Assembly: GCA_010356995.1 (NCBI GenBank)
Contig: ML996687.1
Location: 869,803-933,802, forward strand
DNA: 64,000 nucleotides
From: Trichodelitschia bisporula
Lineage: Eukaryota
Reading direction: 5' to 3'
The notes below the pieces were generated by a model that ran no database searches, was not told the origin of the DNA, and was given only the letters and a program-made list of their open reading frames with translations. The position numbers and the translations under genes are program-made. Below, in pieces: positions 22,791-33,869 of the stretch (positions are counted from its first letter, which is position 1; the number at the start of each line of letters is the position of its first letter).

Positions 22791-23330
22791 ATGCGCTTCA
22801 AGACCCTCGCCTCAGCACTTCTCCTCGTCGCCATCGCCGTAGTCCTTCTCCGGGACAACCCGGCCGGCCAAAACGCCTCCGGCAACTATCCTGAGGGCTG
22901 TGACCCCTTCGGACCCAACCCCGCTCCAGCCGGCGCTCCGCAGCCCAAATTCTCGGGTAAGCGCACTCCGAAATCCGCACCGGCTCCAGCACCAGCTCCG
23001 GCTCCAGCCCCGGCTCCAGCCCCGGCTTCGAAGCCCACTCCCACTCCGGCCCCGAAGCCGCCTCCTGCGGCTCCGCCGCCTCTTCCTTCGGCGCTCAACT
23101 GGCAGTCTCCGCTCTTGTCGAGGATCTCCCAGATTGTGTCCGCCGCTTCGGCCCTTCCGAAGCCTCCTCCGCCGGACACACGCACGATTACAACGACGAG
23201 ACATGAGGCACCACCTGTCTCAATGATGCCTGGATGCTTACTCCGGAATGTTTCGCCTTGCACTGATGTTGGGAAGCCCTACAGCTCGTTCAAATTACCC
23301 GGACCCCCCAAAACCAAATCCGGTCACTAA
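22791..23330 (+). CDS. Putative small secreted/anchored Pro-Ala-rich orphan protein
   Basis: ATG in CAACCATG context; MRFKTLASALLLVAIAVVLL hydrophobic leader; (AP)n tract. Confidence 0.45.
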   Translation: MRFKTLASALLLVAIAVVLLRDNPAGQNASGNYPEGCDPFGPNPAPAGAPQPKFSGKRTPKSAPAPAPAPAPAPAPAPASKPTPTPAPKPPPAAPPPLPSALNWQSPLLSRISQIVSAASALPKPPPPDTRTITTTRHEAPPVSMMPGCLLRNVSPCTDVGKPYSSFKLPGPPKTKSGH

Positions 23331-23860
23331 TGTCCATCGGGTGCGGAGATACTGCTAAGGAGAGTCTTTTTATAATTTGGATATCAGTTTCCTGTATCGC
23401 CGGTTTATTGAGTCATCGCTTCTTGAGCTCTGTGTCAAGGGAGGATACCATCTCTCCCATGTCAAATTGCCACATACCCTGTGTTTGTCACGTGACTCGG
23501 TAAGCTTGATGCCTGACCCCTGCAATTCCAGCCCGGTTGCTGGACTTGCAGGGGTGAAGACTTGGCGCTGGCTGTGCGCTAGCACCCCTAGCTCCCCCAC
23601 ACTCCACATTCACGCGCGAAACCCTTACATAGTTCTTCAAGCTTTCAATGAATGTTTTTCCACAACCAATGCTGTGCAACCGATGATTTGTGCGCCCCTG
23701 ACACTCTGTTATGGCCCTCATGTGGCAGAAGGTGTATGTCATGCTGGACAAAGAAGACTCTAGGGATATCGGATTACGTGGCCATTGTTTACAAGTTGGC
23801 AGAAGTAGAGCCACTGCACCCTCCAAGTTTCTATCGGTAATCACACACTTCGGAGTTGCT

Positions 23861-25780
23861 TCACCTGGAGTTGGCAACTTTAGTACCGGGCTGTAGTGCC
23901 ACCCGCACCAAGTCATGGAAACGCGGAGTTCCGAGTCCAGTGACAGGATCCCATCCCTTGGTCGCGTTCCAACTCGCAAATGGTACGAAAGACGCCGAAA
24001 TATTTTCACTCAGGCCGTCGACCGTACCCAGGCACCCCGTAGATCCCCCGTGTACAATGTCGGTCAATGCCCGGAAACCCTCAAGATACAGCCAAGGGTT
24101 CATCATGCCTAGCGGCGCCTGTCCGGCTTCAATACGCGCCGCATTGATCAGTCCGACCAGTCCCGCAACGGTCGGTGCTGACGCGCTGGTTCCGCTGATG
24201 GATGTAACCGCAAGAGAGTCGACGACCCTGAATTGTTTACCTTGCGCCGAGATATCCGGAATGGCGCGGCCATACGGGTTGAAGAGACCCGCCCATTGAC
24301 TGCCGAGCTGAGCAAGATAATTTTCCACCGCGGTTTCCTGGTACCAGGGGCGCGGCCAACGTTCCGAAAACCCGCCAGAGGAAAAGAGGGCAGCGCGCTC
24401 TGGATTAATATTCTGTGTGCTGCCAACCGACGTTACAAATGGACAAGTCGCTGGGAACGTGGCCTGAAAACGCGTGGCATTCCTTCCGTCATTAGTCTGG
24501 CAGTTGGATCCAACACCATCGTCCCCGCTCGAGAATATGACTGTGACTCCGCGCGCTCCTAGCTGGCCAATCATGTTGCAGACGACGCGAGAGTAGTTCG
24601 CAGGGACCGTCTGCTCAGCTTCTCCATATGAAATTGTCAGTGTATGGGGAAGGGTCCCGTCAGCTTGGTTGAGCAGGTATGTAAAAAATTCGAGGTACGG
24701 CTCATTGGTGTTCATTGACTCTGGAGGATTGGATAAATCCGGAACTCGAGGGCCTTGCCCAGCAGTACTGTAGAAGTGGGCTCTCACGGGAAAGCCAAGA
24801 GCTGCGGCGTATTGCATATCAAGATTTGCTTCATAGCTTGGGTATGCGAAGCCTTGACCAAGCTGTCCACCTTGAGCAATGTCAGCCCGAAGTGCGAGGC
24901 AAAAACGGATGTTCTACCATTGACGGAACTCCAAGTGAAATTCGTCCCATTTGCCCAAGGGGCGAACTGTGAGGTGAAAGAAATGAAATCTTCGTACTGG
25001 GCGGACTCGTCCAAAAAACCCGCAACGCCCACGAAACCAGTGTCATTGGTACGAGGCAGATAGTCATCTATGCAGTACAGTGCCTTCAAGCAAGAAGGCG
25101 TCATGGTTCGGTTGCAAAAGGTGGGGTCGGTACTAGTGGTATCGGACTCGGCATCGGGCTTTCCGAGGCGAACCCGTTCCCGAATATGATTCCGCTGCGA
25201 AGTGAGTTGGCTAAAGCGGGTCGTAGGCTGGACCATATCGACATATCGGAAAAGATCCTGAGGAATCGAATAGTGGAGTGTTCGTATGGTGGTGACATCA
25301 GGACGAGAAGGTTGGGTGTAGATGCCAAACTCGGTGTCCATCATGGCTTCGGCTTGCGTTACAGTCGCTGTGAAGGTAATCCAGTTGACGTTTGTTACGA
25401 TGCTATCTTGATTGACGCCATATCTGACGAGCCACGAAAGGACGTCACCCACGGCACCTGGTGAGGGTTGCAACAAATCGTTCAGCTCGTCCCTTTTCAA
25501 GTGACGACCGTAGGTGGGATGGTTTGGAGTTGACATGTCATACAGGGTTTGTTCAAAGAATGCTTGATTCGGCTAGCATATGGTTATTCGCTAGACATCT
25601 CGGGGAAGTGCACAGAAAGCTTACCGACTTCAACGCAATGCGGAAGTTCAGACGTGTGTCCCGGTGAGGCCAGGCAGTTAGGTTCCATCCTGGTGGTGCA
25701 GCGGCGAGGGACTCAAAGCGTTCAAGGCTTTGGGCCCAGAGACCAGTGACGAAGAGCAACAATGCCCAACGCAGATACAT
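23861..25780 (-). CDS. Secreted tripeptidyl-peptidase / sedolisin (S53), 2 introns
   Basis: Signal peptide; prodomain STPNHPTYGRHL; EANLDMQY, SSGDDG, SGGFS, GTSASAP, GWDPVTGLGTP. Confidence 0.95.
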
Positions 25781-26691
25781 GATGCACCTTTGGACTTTGG
25801 AGAAGGGAATGAATGAATGAGTAAGCAAGAATATGGTCCGAAGGGAGGTCGGACTGGTTGGAATAGAAGGTATATGAAGGTGCTGATGCACAGGTTGAGG
25901 TTGGTAGAGATGCTTGGACGACGCAGCAACTGGTTCTTCTTCTTCCCAAGGGAAATGATTTCCAGGTAACTAAGAAATGAGGTGTGGAAAAGCTGCGAGG
26001 GTGTGTATATATTGATGCATGTTGATGGCATCCTGCCGCGCGCTGGGCTGACACTTGGGCCTTGTGGGCCACGGCAAGCAGCAAGAGCGGATGCGATGAC
26101 GGGACGCGATGACGGGATACGATGGATACTGTAGTTCCTGGTCTGACAAGAGCCAAGAGATTGTGGGGTTTTCTTTCCGAGATAAAAGCTCCTTCTCCAG
26201 ATCGAGTATAGCGACTCTTCGCCTCTTCCAAGTGTTCTTCCTCGCGAAGGACGATATAGTGAAGTCGCTATTGCTTTATCAAGCATCCCTAAGCTTCCTC
26301 CTCCTCCTCCTTCCCCACAACCTTCTTCCTCTCCTTTACTCCTTCCATCATCTCCACTGACCCATCTCCTCTATCCTTTTAACCTTATTCCCCTTCTTCC
26401 ACCTTCCGGTTGGTGTCCACGGTTGCATCTGTGGAACAACGCGGTCGCCATTCGGATATTAGTTAATCTTCCGTGCAGCTGCCGCCAATTGCCCTTGAGT
26501 TACGTTACCCCAAACCGTGGCCTAAATATGCTGTACACACGTCTGTTACATTGAGAAACGCTGCAGTATCCCGTGTGCATGTTGAGTTACGTGGCGTAAG
26601 CAAGCAAAGCGTCAACAAAGGGAAGGAGAAGGAGAGATGCACGTCTGATTTGACTTCAGGTGGTATGCTCTTGGCACTCAAAGGTGGCAAG

Positions 26692-26742
26692 CCACCCCGT
26701 GCCACCCGTGCCACCCGTGCCACCCACGCCACTCTTGGTGGC
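26692..26742. repeat. GCCACC/GGTGGC motif array (9-bp gccacccgt tandem) upstream of the IMPACT gene
   Basis: ggtggcaagccaccccgtgccacccgtgccacccgtgccacccacgccac...ggtggc. Confidence 0.7.
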
Positions 26743-26852
26743 CTCACCCCTTCACCACTTCCAGTTCAACTTCCAGTTCAGCTTTCAGTTCAAACAGTGC
26801 CGTACAGTACCAACTGTCCATTTTCTTTGGATTTTGCAGCATCGCCATCAAA

Positions 26853-27662
26853 ATGTCTGCCAAACGCCCTCTTCCAGATGCCTCCGACTCGCCTATATTT
26901 CGTTCCGAGCATATCGACGACCGGAAATCTACCTTCATCGCCCTCTTCAGTCCAACTCTTCGTGCCCCAGCACTCCAAGCTCTTCCTGAGCTCCGGTCCG
27001 CCTCGCACCGCATCGCCGCCTGGCGATTGCCTTCGTCGCAGAAGACCCTTACTCCACAATCCTCGACCCTCTATTCCCTTGGGCACGATGATGACGGCGA
27101 ACAATGGGCTGGCAGCAAACTAGAGAAGCTCCTCGTTGATCTAAAAGTCGAGGGCACCGTCGTTGTCGGTCGATGGTACGGAGGTATCAACTTGGGTCCC
27201 GTTCGCTTCACGCATATTGAAAATTGCGCCAGAGACGCTATTAAGCAGGCCGCTGGCTACCATACGCCTCCATTGACGAAATGCCCTAGGACCGGTGACG
27301 GGTCACCTCAACAGGGCGTCTTGGAGCAAGCCGCGAAAGCTGCTCTGGTGTCAGAGCTCCTCGAGCGCAATCGCAGCATATCTGTACTACGCGACCTCGT
27401 GAACCAAAAGCGGGCTGCTCAAAGCCTTCCGGTACGCCATTCTGCGCCTGCTGGCCCCAACGCTTCACTCGAAAGCCGCGAGTATTTTGAAGCTTTGCCG
27501 CTGGCGCGTTTACGAGCCCTAGAGCGTGCAAAGGACGCAACAACCGCATTCCTCCTGAAGGAGATTGACAAACTGGAGAAGTTGGATGCAAAGAATGTGA
27601 TACAAGATCCATCTGCGGAGCATCTGAAGAGTGACGAACAACCATCGCTCCCAGATCCGTAA
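26853..27662 (+). CDS. IMPACT/YigZ (UPF0029) family protein without RWD domain
   Basis: IDDRKSTFIA, ASHRIAAWR, HDDDGEQWAG, VVVGRWYGGINLGPVRFTHI. Confidence 0.9.
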   Translation: MSAKRPLPDASDSPIFRSEHIDDRKSTFIALFSPTLRAPALQALPELRSASHRIAAWRLPSSQKTLTPQSSTLYSLGHDDDGEQWAGSKLEKLLVDLKVEGTVVVGRWYGGINLGPVRFTHIENCARDAIKQAAGYHTPPLTKCPRTGDGSPQQGVLEQAAKAALVSELLERNRSISVLRDLVNQKRAAQSLPVRHSAPAGPNASLESREYFEALPLARLRALERAKDATTAFLLKEIDKLEKLDAKNVIQDPSAEHLKSDEQPSLPDP

Positions 27663-27748
27663 GCCCATTTTCTACGGGCAGCTAACAATGATGTATGTAC
27701 AATACCCGAACGCCTCCGATGCATGTTTTTTACTCGGCCACCGTCGGA

Positions 27749-29508
27749 TTAATCATACCAGAGCGCATTCGCGCAGCATCCTGTGCCTGACGCCTCGATC
27801 GAGCCATCTCTTGTTCGTACCACAGCCTTCGCAACCACTGTTCCGTTCGCCGTCGGGAGGGGAGCTTTCCAAGTGGCCACGATCTTCGCCACTATAGGAA
27901 CTTGAGCAGGAACTGGAGCGGCCGGCGGTGCACCTTCGGGGCGGTCCTGTCTCGGGACCATTATCTTGCTCTTCAGTTTCTTCCGGCGGTCGTCGTCATC
28001 GTCGTCGTCCCCCCACGACCACGGACTTCCACCCCCTCCTTGTTGCCATGGATAGCCGCCGGCCGGTGGCCCTTGCTGCCACGGGGAGCTGCCGCCAGGG
28101 GAGGCACTACCTGGAGTCTGCAGCCACGGGTAACTGGCGCCTCCACCCACGACCCCGCCTCCAGACACCGGCTTTGGAGGCGGCGGTCGTGGGTTCTCCA
28201 CCCACATACCGTCTTGCCAGCCACCTATGGCAGGTGATGCGGCATCTACGCCGCTCGCGCCTTCGTAGCTGATGCTTCTCAAGCCATCGACTTTCCACAC
28301 CTTCCGATTGTTAGCTAACACGCAACAGGTTTGGATTCTTCCATCCTACCTGTACCATGCCCACCTCGCTGTCGCTCAGGGCAAAGTATTCATTCCCCCA
28401 CGGCGCAGGGCTTACCGTGTTGGCAATTCCACCGCTGGTTGATGTTTGCACCTGGAACAATCGCCGGAGCGGGAATCCGGGTCCCTGTGGGTGGTTTGGC
28501 TGTGGAGTCTTGCTCTCCTTCATCGGGACCAGCAAAATCGCTGTGACATAGCCGTTCCTGCCACTGCGGCGCTTGTTGCGGGGTCTCCGAGTGGGATTAG
28601 GCCTATGGCGCGTGCTGGCGTAGAGCACATCATTATTCACTGAAATTGAGATCTCGTCGGCTAGATATTCTGCTGGATCTTCGCCTGGAAAGTGGGTCAG
28701 CTTCACTCTGGCCAGACAAGGAGGTGGGATATTTACCTTGTGGTATCAACGAATACGTCAGACCCGTGAAAGTTATCGGTGTTTCGCTCTTTTCCTGTCC
28801 CTGGTTGATGGCGTACACGGCAATTTCGTTCTTCGCCTCCAAGACGACGAATAGAAACTTGCCACCTGGGTGCACAATAAGATCGCGGGGTCTGGCATCT
28901 TCCGTCGGTGCGGGCGCGAAGGCTACCTGCTCCAGTTTTCCAGACTCTGTATCAACATGATGCGCCCAGATGCCGTTGGCTACGTCGTCGGCACTGTACA
29001 GAATATTGTTGTCGGGATCCATGGACATCCCCTGCACACCAGTTGACGATTTGAAGGTCAAGTTCTGAACTATGTCCTCCAGGGTGCCATCTGGCTCCAC
29101 GCTCATCGCGTTCAAGCAGTTTCCGAAGGGAGCGCCGTAGACGGTGAAAGGTGCCTTCATTAGTGGCAGGACGTATGCCGTTTTGAACCCTTTCGTCGCT
29201 CCCTGACAGCCGCTCTCGAGTTCGATGCTTCGTCGGTACCCCAGGTATGTGCTGTTCTCAACGGCGTATGACGCGAAGCCGTCCCGCTCACCAGCGTACA
29301 TGGCTGACTTGTCGTAGCTGAAAGAAATCCACGAGTGGCCATCGTGCGCGGCGATATTTCCCGACAATTCGAGTGTAGACTTTTGGTCGTCGAATTCGAG
29401 CGAGTACAGCTGTGGCGTCGTGAATGAGCTGACGAAGATGTGGTGCATGTCAGCCAGCGCCGGCCTTGCGGCCAGAAGCGCAGCGATCGACTGGGTCAGA
29501 CCCCGCAT
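27749..29508 (-). CDS. Secreted lactonase / carboxy-cis,cis-muconate cyclase-like beta-propeller; introns 28685-28736 and 28301-28349
   Basis: MHHIFVSSFTTP, LYSADD, RPRDLIVHPGGKFLFVVLE, GGIANTVSPAPW, C-terminal GCCANALWYD. Confidence 0.88.
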
Positions 29509-31121
29509 GGCGGATTTTGTCTAAACCGGGCCGTGATGTCAGATATTCAGCGAACACGGTAAAGAGTGACACGGTGGGAGATGTGCGACGACGCGGGCGA
29601 GTGCAGAATATTATCCTCACGGGCTTATACCGCCGGCCAGTCGGTAGTCTCAAAAGCCGAACAGTACGGCATCCTGACAACATGCAAAACTCGGCCCTTG
29701 GCGCCTTAAGGTGACACGGCTCGCAATGGCTAGCTGCAAACACGGCATCCGCTCGCGAGAGGTGGGCGGCAGCCTGGCCAAAGGCATGGCAATTGCAGAG
29801 AAATGAAGGCGAAAGTGACTGCAAATCAGCAACCTTCCCTCTTTGGTAAACGGCACTGTGGGATCGGACATGAAGCTAAGCCGGAGTAAGGGCCGGCTTA
29901 AATCTAGCCTTCTTACACGAGACGCCAGTATAGGGCTGGACCGCGGGATCGAATATCGCGGGTGGGTTGGCAGGTGGCGTGCTTGGCTCACGAGGCTTGA
30001 ACTCGTTTCAAAGTGATTAACCTAGCAATTTCCCACTTTCTAGAAGTAATAAACGAATGTTCGATGACTTCGGCGCCGGTGGGCGATCTTGAAAGCGTAT
30101 GCCCAAAGCTTTTTGCGACTGTGGGGAACGGAGCGTACTATGAAAACACCCTTGATCACAGGTCATCGCCTTGCAGCATCAACCTGGCAACGTGTAGTCT
30201 GAACAAATAGGTACCTGAGTGCCTTGGGACCAATGCGGGAGACCTGTCTGCTCAACAATACTTTTTAATGGCATCACGTCATGAATTCCCTCGGCCTTCC
30301 ACTCCATTCAACCGACCGCGGTGAGACTCGTTTTCGTCAGATCTTGCCACGCTACAGGACGGAGATCGATTAGACTGGGAGTGCGTACGGTACGGTACTG
30401 GGAAGGCAGGGCAAACCGGGAGAGCAGCCGGATACGAGCGGAGAACCTTGACGCAGATCGAGCTCCACAACCACTGTTTCGAGAGCAACGTGGGGGATTC
30501 AATAAACATGCTCAGCGAATAACCAAACAAGCTTGCAGCTCCAAAGATATGCCGACGAGTGGCCAAGGTCGTGGCCGAGTATGGCTAGTGTTGAGGCGCA
30601 TGGCCGTTTCGGCTCAGCCTTGCTATGGGAGGCAAAGTACAGGTGCCTTGGCAAGGCTTAACGGTACGGCGACGATCGCGGTATCCGAGCAATGGCCTTC
30701 CCAGCTGACATGCTAATATTTCCTCGTCGAATGCGATGTACAGAAGACATCTGGGCCAGGGAGTGGCTCGCTAGAGATCTTTGGAGCTAGCTCAATACGG
30801 TAGCTAGTTCATGTAATAATCGAGGCGATGCCTGTACAGATGTATTCATTCAGGCTGCCAGACACAGCCAGAAGTTCAGGGCTGGTACGAAGCTACCGTC
30901 CGCAATTATGTTCACTCCCGAGCAGAGTACTGCTTTGCGTACCACAGTAGAGCTCGCCAATGCGGATGGGCTGCACAAGCTTTTAGTTCTACCCTATGTC
31001 CCTAGAGTCGGTATACGGGTGGGAAGCTCACTCTTGCCAAAAAGGAACGTATTCGTCCGAACAACGAAGCAAAAGAAAAACCCAACGAAAAAGGCGTCTT
31101 GCTGAGGAAGACAAAAAGATT

Positions 31122-31229
31122 TGACAAGGGTGAGATTCGAACTCACGCGGGTTTCCCCAATAGATCACAGCTGCTGTACAGCCAAGCGTACGCTTGAGAC
31201 TATCACCTTAACCGCTCGGTCACCTTGCC
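31122..31229 (-). tRNA. tRNA-Leu(CAA) with ~27-nt intron (31166-31192)
   Basis: Minus strand GGCAAGG..CCTTGTC acceptor stem, A box TGACCGAGCGG, CTCAAG anticodon loop, long variable arm, GTTCGAATC B box, downstream T5 terminator. Confidence 0.92.
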
Positions 31230-31481
31230 GATTTGATGGGAGAGTTTGTCCAGGCTTGTATATTAGCAAGAAACTAAAAGCACCAACCATCTGGGCGCTC
31301 GCCCAATGGGAAAGTAGAGAGGGATGACATCCTGAGTCCGTGCACACCACAATGAGCTTCGGAAGCGGCAGAATGCTAATCCGAGGTTTTTCGTCTGCCT
31401 CAAAACCTCCGCAACTTCTTGCAAATCTTCGTCCGGCATCCAAAGCACAAAGGTACGTTTTTTCCGCTAAGCACTTCTTTA

Positions 31482-31570
31482 TTCCTATGATTATGACACA
31501 TACAACAATCTGTCAATCCCCTGAAACGTGGTCTCAGACTGCGGATGTTGAGCCTTGAAAATATGATTTG
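31482..31570 (+). ncRNA. Probable intronic box C/D snoRNA (SNORD110-like) guiding 18S rRNA 2'-O-methylation
   Basis: C-like ATGATTA 31487-31493; guide CAATCTGTCAATCC (31506-31519) complementary to conserved 18S GGAUUGACAGAUUG; D' CTGA 31521-31524; lies in GTACGT(31453)..GCTGAC..AAG(31627) intron; terminal D box non-canonical, so the 3' end is uncertain. Confidence 0.75.
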
Positions 31571-31631
31571 CATTCCTCACTTCATTACATGTCGAACCAT
31601 TGGAGAACAGTTGCTGACTGAACAAAGCCCA

Positions 31632-32492
31632 ATGGCGGACATTACCGTAGCAGAACCGTTTCCTATATTTGCAGTAGCGAACAAATACATCCTCTACGAC
31701 ATCAATACAGTCACGTACATCCGGCGCGTCCACCACATCTGCGGTGTACTGATCGGCAATATCCCCCAGGCTGCACAGCAGAATGTCTTCAGTGGCATTC
31801 CGCTGGAGCTCATACCTGAAGAAGCGCGGTTGCTGGTAGAACGCGGAAGTGCGTACATAGTAGATGATGTAGCATCACACCGACGGGGCCTAACTGATCT
31901 GAGTGCTGCCGAACGCATCGCGTTTGTGTCGGTGCTGGAGAAGCAAGGTCTTGAGGCAGCGCTGGCGCAGAAGCGCAAGGCAGACAAGAAGAGGGAGAAG
32001 CATTTTGAGAAAGCAGGAGGCAAGGCAAGGAAGCGGGGGCCTGACCGTGAGGACACCGAACTCGAGTCAGCCTCTGCATCGTACGCCGTTTCTCGGGCTG
32101 CGAGTGTTGTGCCTAACGATTCTGACGTGCAGCCGCTGTGCATTACCCCTACGACATCGTATCCTCCACTGAGTGCTCCAAAGCCAACTACTGCTCTCCT
32201 TCCCCCCGCATCACCTTCTTACGACCTCTTTGCACATCTTCATTCCAAGGACTACTTTCTTTCGCCCGGCCTGCGTTTCGGCTGCCAGTATCTAGCTTAC
32301 CCTGGAGATCCTCTCCGCTTCCATAGCCATTTCCTGGCTAACGGCGTGGCTTGGGACCAGGAAATCAGCTTGCTCAACATCGTCGCCGGTGGCCGCCTCG
32401 GGACCGGTGTGAAGAAGGGCTATCTCGTTGGCGGCAAAGACGACAGCCGCGACGAGGTAAGAGTGTTTTGCTTCGAGTGGGCGGCCATGTGA
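31632..32492 (+). CDS. SEN34: tRNA-splicing endonuclease catalytic subunit
   Basis: HHICGVLIG, QQNVFSGIPLEL.PEEARLL, FLSPGLRFGCQYLAYPGDPLRFHSHF, GRLGTGVKK. Confidence 0.96.
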   Translation: MADITVAEPFPIFAVANKYILYDINTVTYIRRVHHICGVLIGNIPQAAQQNVFSGIPLELIPEEARLLVERGSAYIVDDVASHRRGLTDLSAAERIAFVSVLEKQGLEAALAQKRKADKKREKHFEKAGGKARKRGPDREDTELESASASYAVSRAASVVPNDSDVQPLCITPTTSYPPLSAPKPTTALLPPASPSYDLFAHLHSKDYFLSPGLRFGCQYLAYPGDPLRFHSHFLANGVAWDQEISLLNIVAGGRLGTGVKKGYLVGGKDDSRDEVRVFCFEWAAM

Positions 32493-32930
32493 GAGGATCA
32501 GGACTTGCACCTTTCCCACTACGCCGCACGGGTGCAGCATCTGAATGCGCTTGCCTTGGTCAGAAAAAAAAGGCTTGCTGTTCCGCACCAGAGAACCAGG
32601 CCCATCGGAGTTAAAGCTAGCACTCGTGGACCCACGACATAGGATCACGGAGACGCCGCTATGAGTCGCAGCCGTCTGGTTTTCACTCTTGACAGAGGGC
32701 AAGACAGAGAGGGCTGAAGCAATAAAGATGCGTAGGTGCCATGCTGCTGGTGCGAAGGAGTCAGCTAGTTCATTCGGAGCATGACGAGGGCTGGAATGAG
32801 ACTGACCGATGTTTATTTGATGGCGCGTGAGCCCTCTATGGAAATGGATAATTATTAATTCTTATGCGAACGCCTGATGCCGTGATGTTCCTGTGCGATT
32901 TCCCAGCGTATCCCGTCACTTAGGACTCTA

Positions 32931-33581
32931 TCAAACCCCATCACCACGTTCTAGGAAGCCAGGATCCATCTCGATCCGCTTCTCAAATTTGCGCCACCAT
33001 TCCTGGAAACTCTTGAGCGGGACAACTTCATGACCGCCAGGCCCACCTCCACTGAAGCTGGCGAGGAAGTTGAAGGCGTTGGCAATGATGCGCTGGGCCA
33101 GGACTTTGGTCGGCACGCCCGGTGCTGTGGTAGGCAGCGTGCGCTTCACCAGCTCGTTGCCTGCTGGTTTCGCTGCAGCGCGTGCAGTTGCTAGCGCGAC
33201 AGCAACCTGAGAAGCGGGTTCGAGGCTGATACCCAAGACGATAGGTGCGCTCCCCGCGTCAGTCGTCTGCTCGTCCGTCATGGCATCCTGATCGTCAAGG
33301 GCGCCAACCCCAGTGGGAACGGTGGCGGGACCGGTACGGATGCGGAAGATGGCACTTTGTTTGTCGTTGTCGAGAGCGCCGAGCAGGCGGAATTCTGAGT
33401 CAGGTGGCAGTTGAACGTAAACGGCCGCGGCGGAATCCGGGGGCATTGCTGTTCCGGGTGTCAGGAAGACTGCGAGATGGTGGAAGGGAGGAGAAGGCGG
33501 AATAGTGAATGCAGCTTGCGTAGGGGAGATCTGATTGGGAGAGGTGAGGATTGGGCGACCGGAAATCAGGACAGCAAACAT
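32931..33581 (-). CDS. OPI10: Hikeshi/Opi10 (DUF775) family protein
   Basis: HHLAVFL, LGALDNDKQSAIFR, LAQRIIANAFNFLASF, VPLKSFQEWWRKF. Confidence 0.9.
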   Translation of the reverse strand: MFAVLISGRPILTSPNQISPTQAAFTIPPSPPFHHLAVFLTPGTAMPPDSAAAVYVQLPPDSEFRLLGALDNDKQSAIFRIRTGPATVPTGVGALDDQDAMTDEQTTDAGSAPIVLGISLEPASQVAVALATARAAAKPAGNELVKRTLPTTAPGVPTKVLAQRIIANAFNFLASFSGGGPGGHEVVPLKSFQEWWRKFEKRIEMDPGFLERGDGV

Positions 33582-33869
33582 GATGTTAGGATACAGTCGG
33601 TGAAGAGGACATCGAGCAGTGAGCGAACGAGGCGTTGTTTGGGGTTGGTTTGTGCCTCTGTACTCCGGGGAGGCAATGATATTTGAAGGTGGGAAGGCTT
33701 AGATCTTTTGACACGAGATTGCTGCCTCGTCAGGGGTTTGTGAAAAACCCTCTTTCTGCCTCGACGTCGTACGGCGAGACAGGCTTAAATACAACCTACA
33801 AACCCTCTCCCCCTCTGCTCTGTGCCCATTCCTGAGCACTTGACGAACTTCTGCATTCCTATCGCAATA

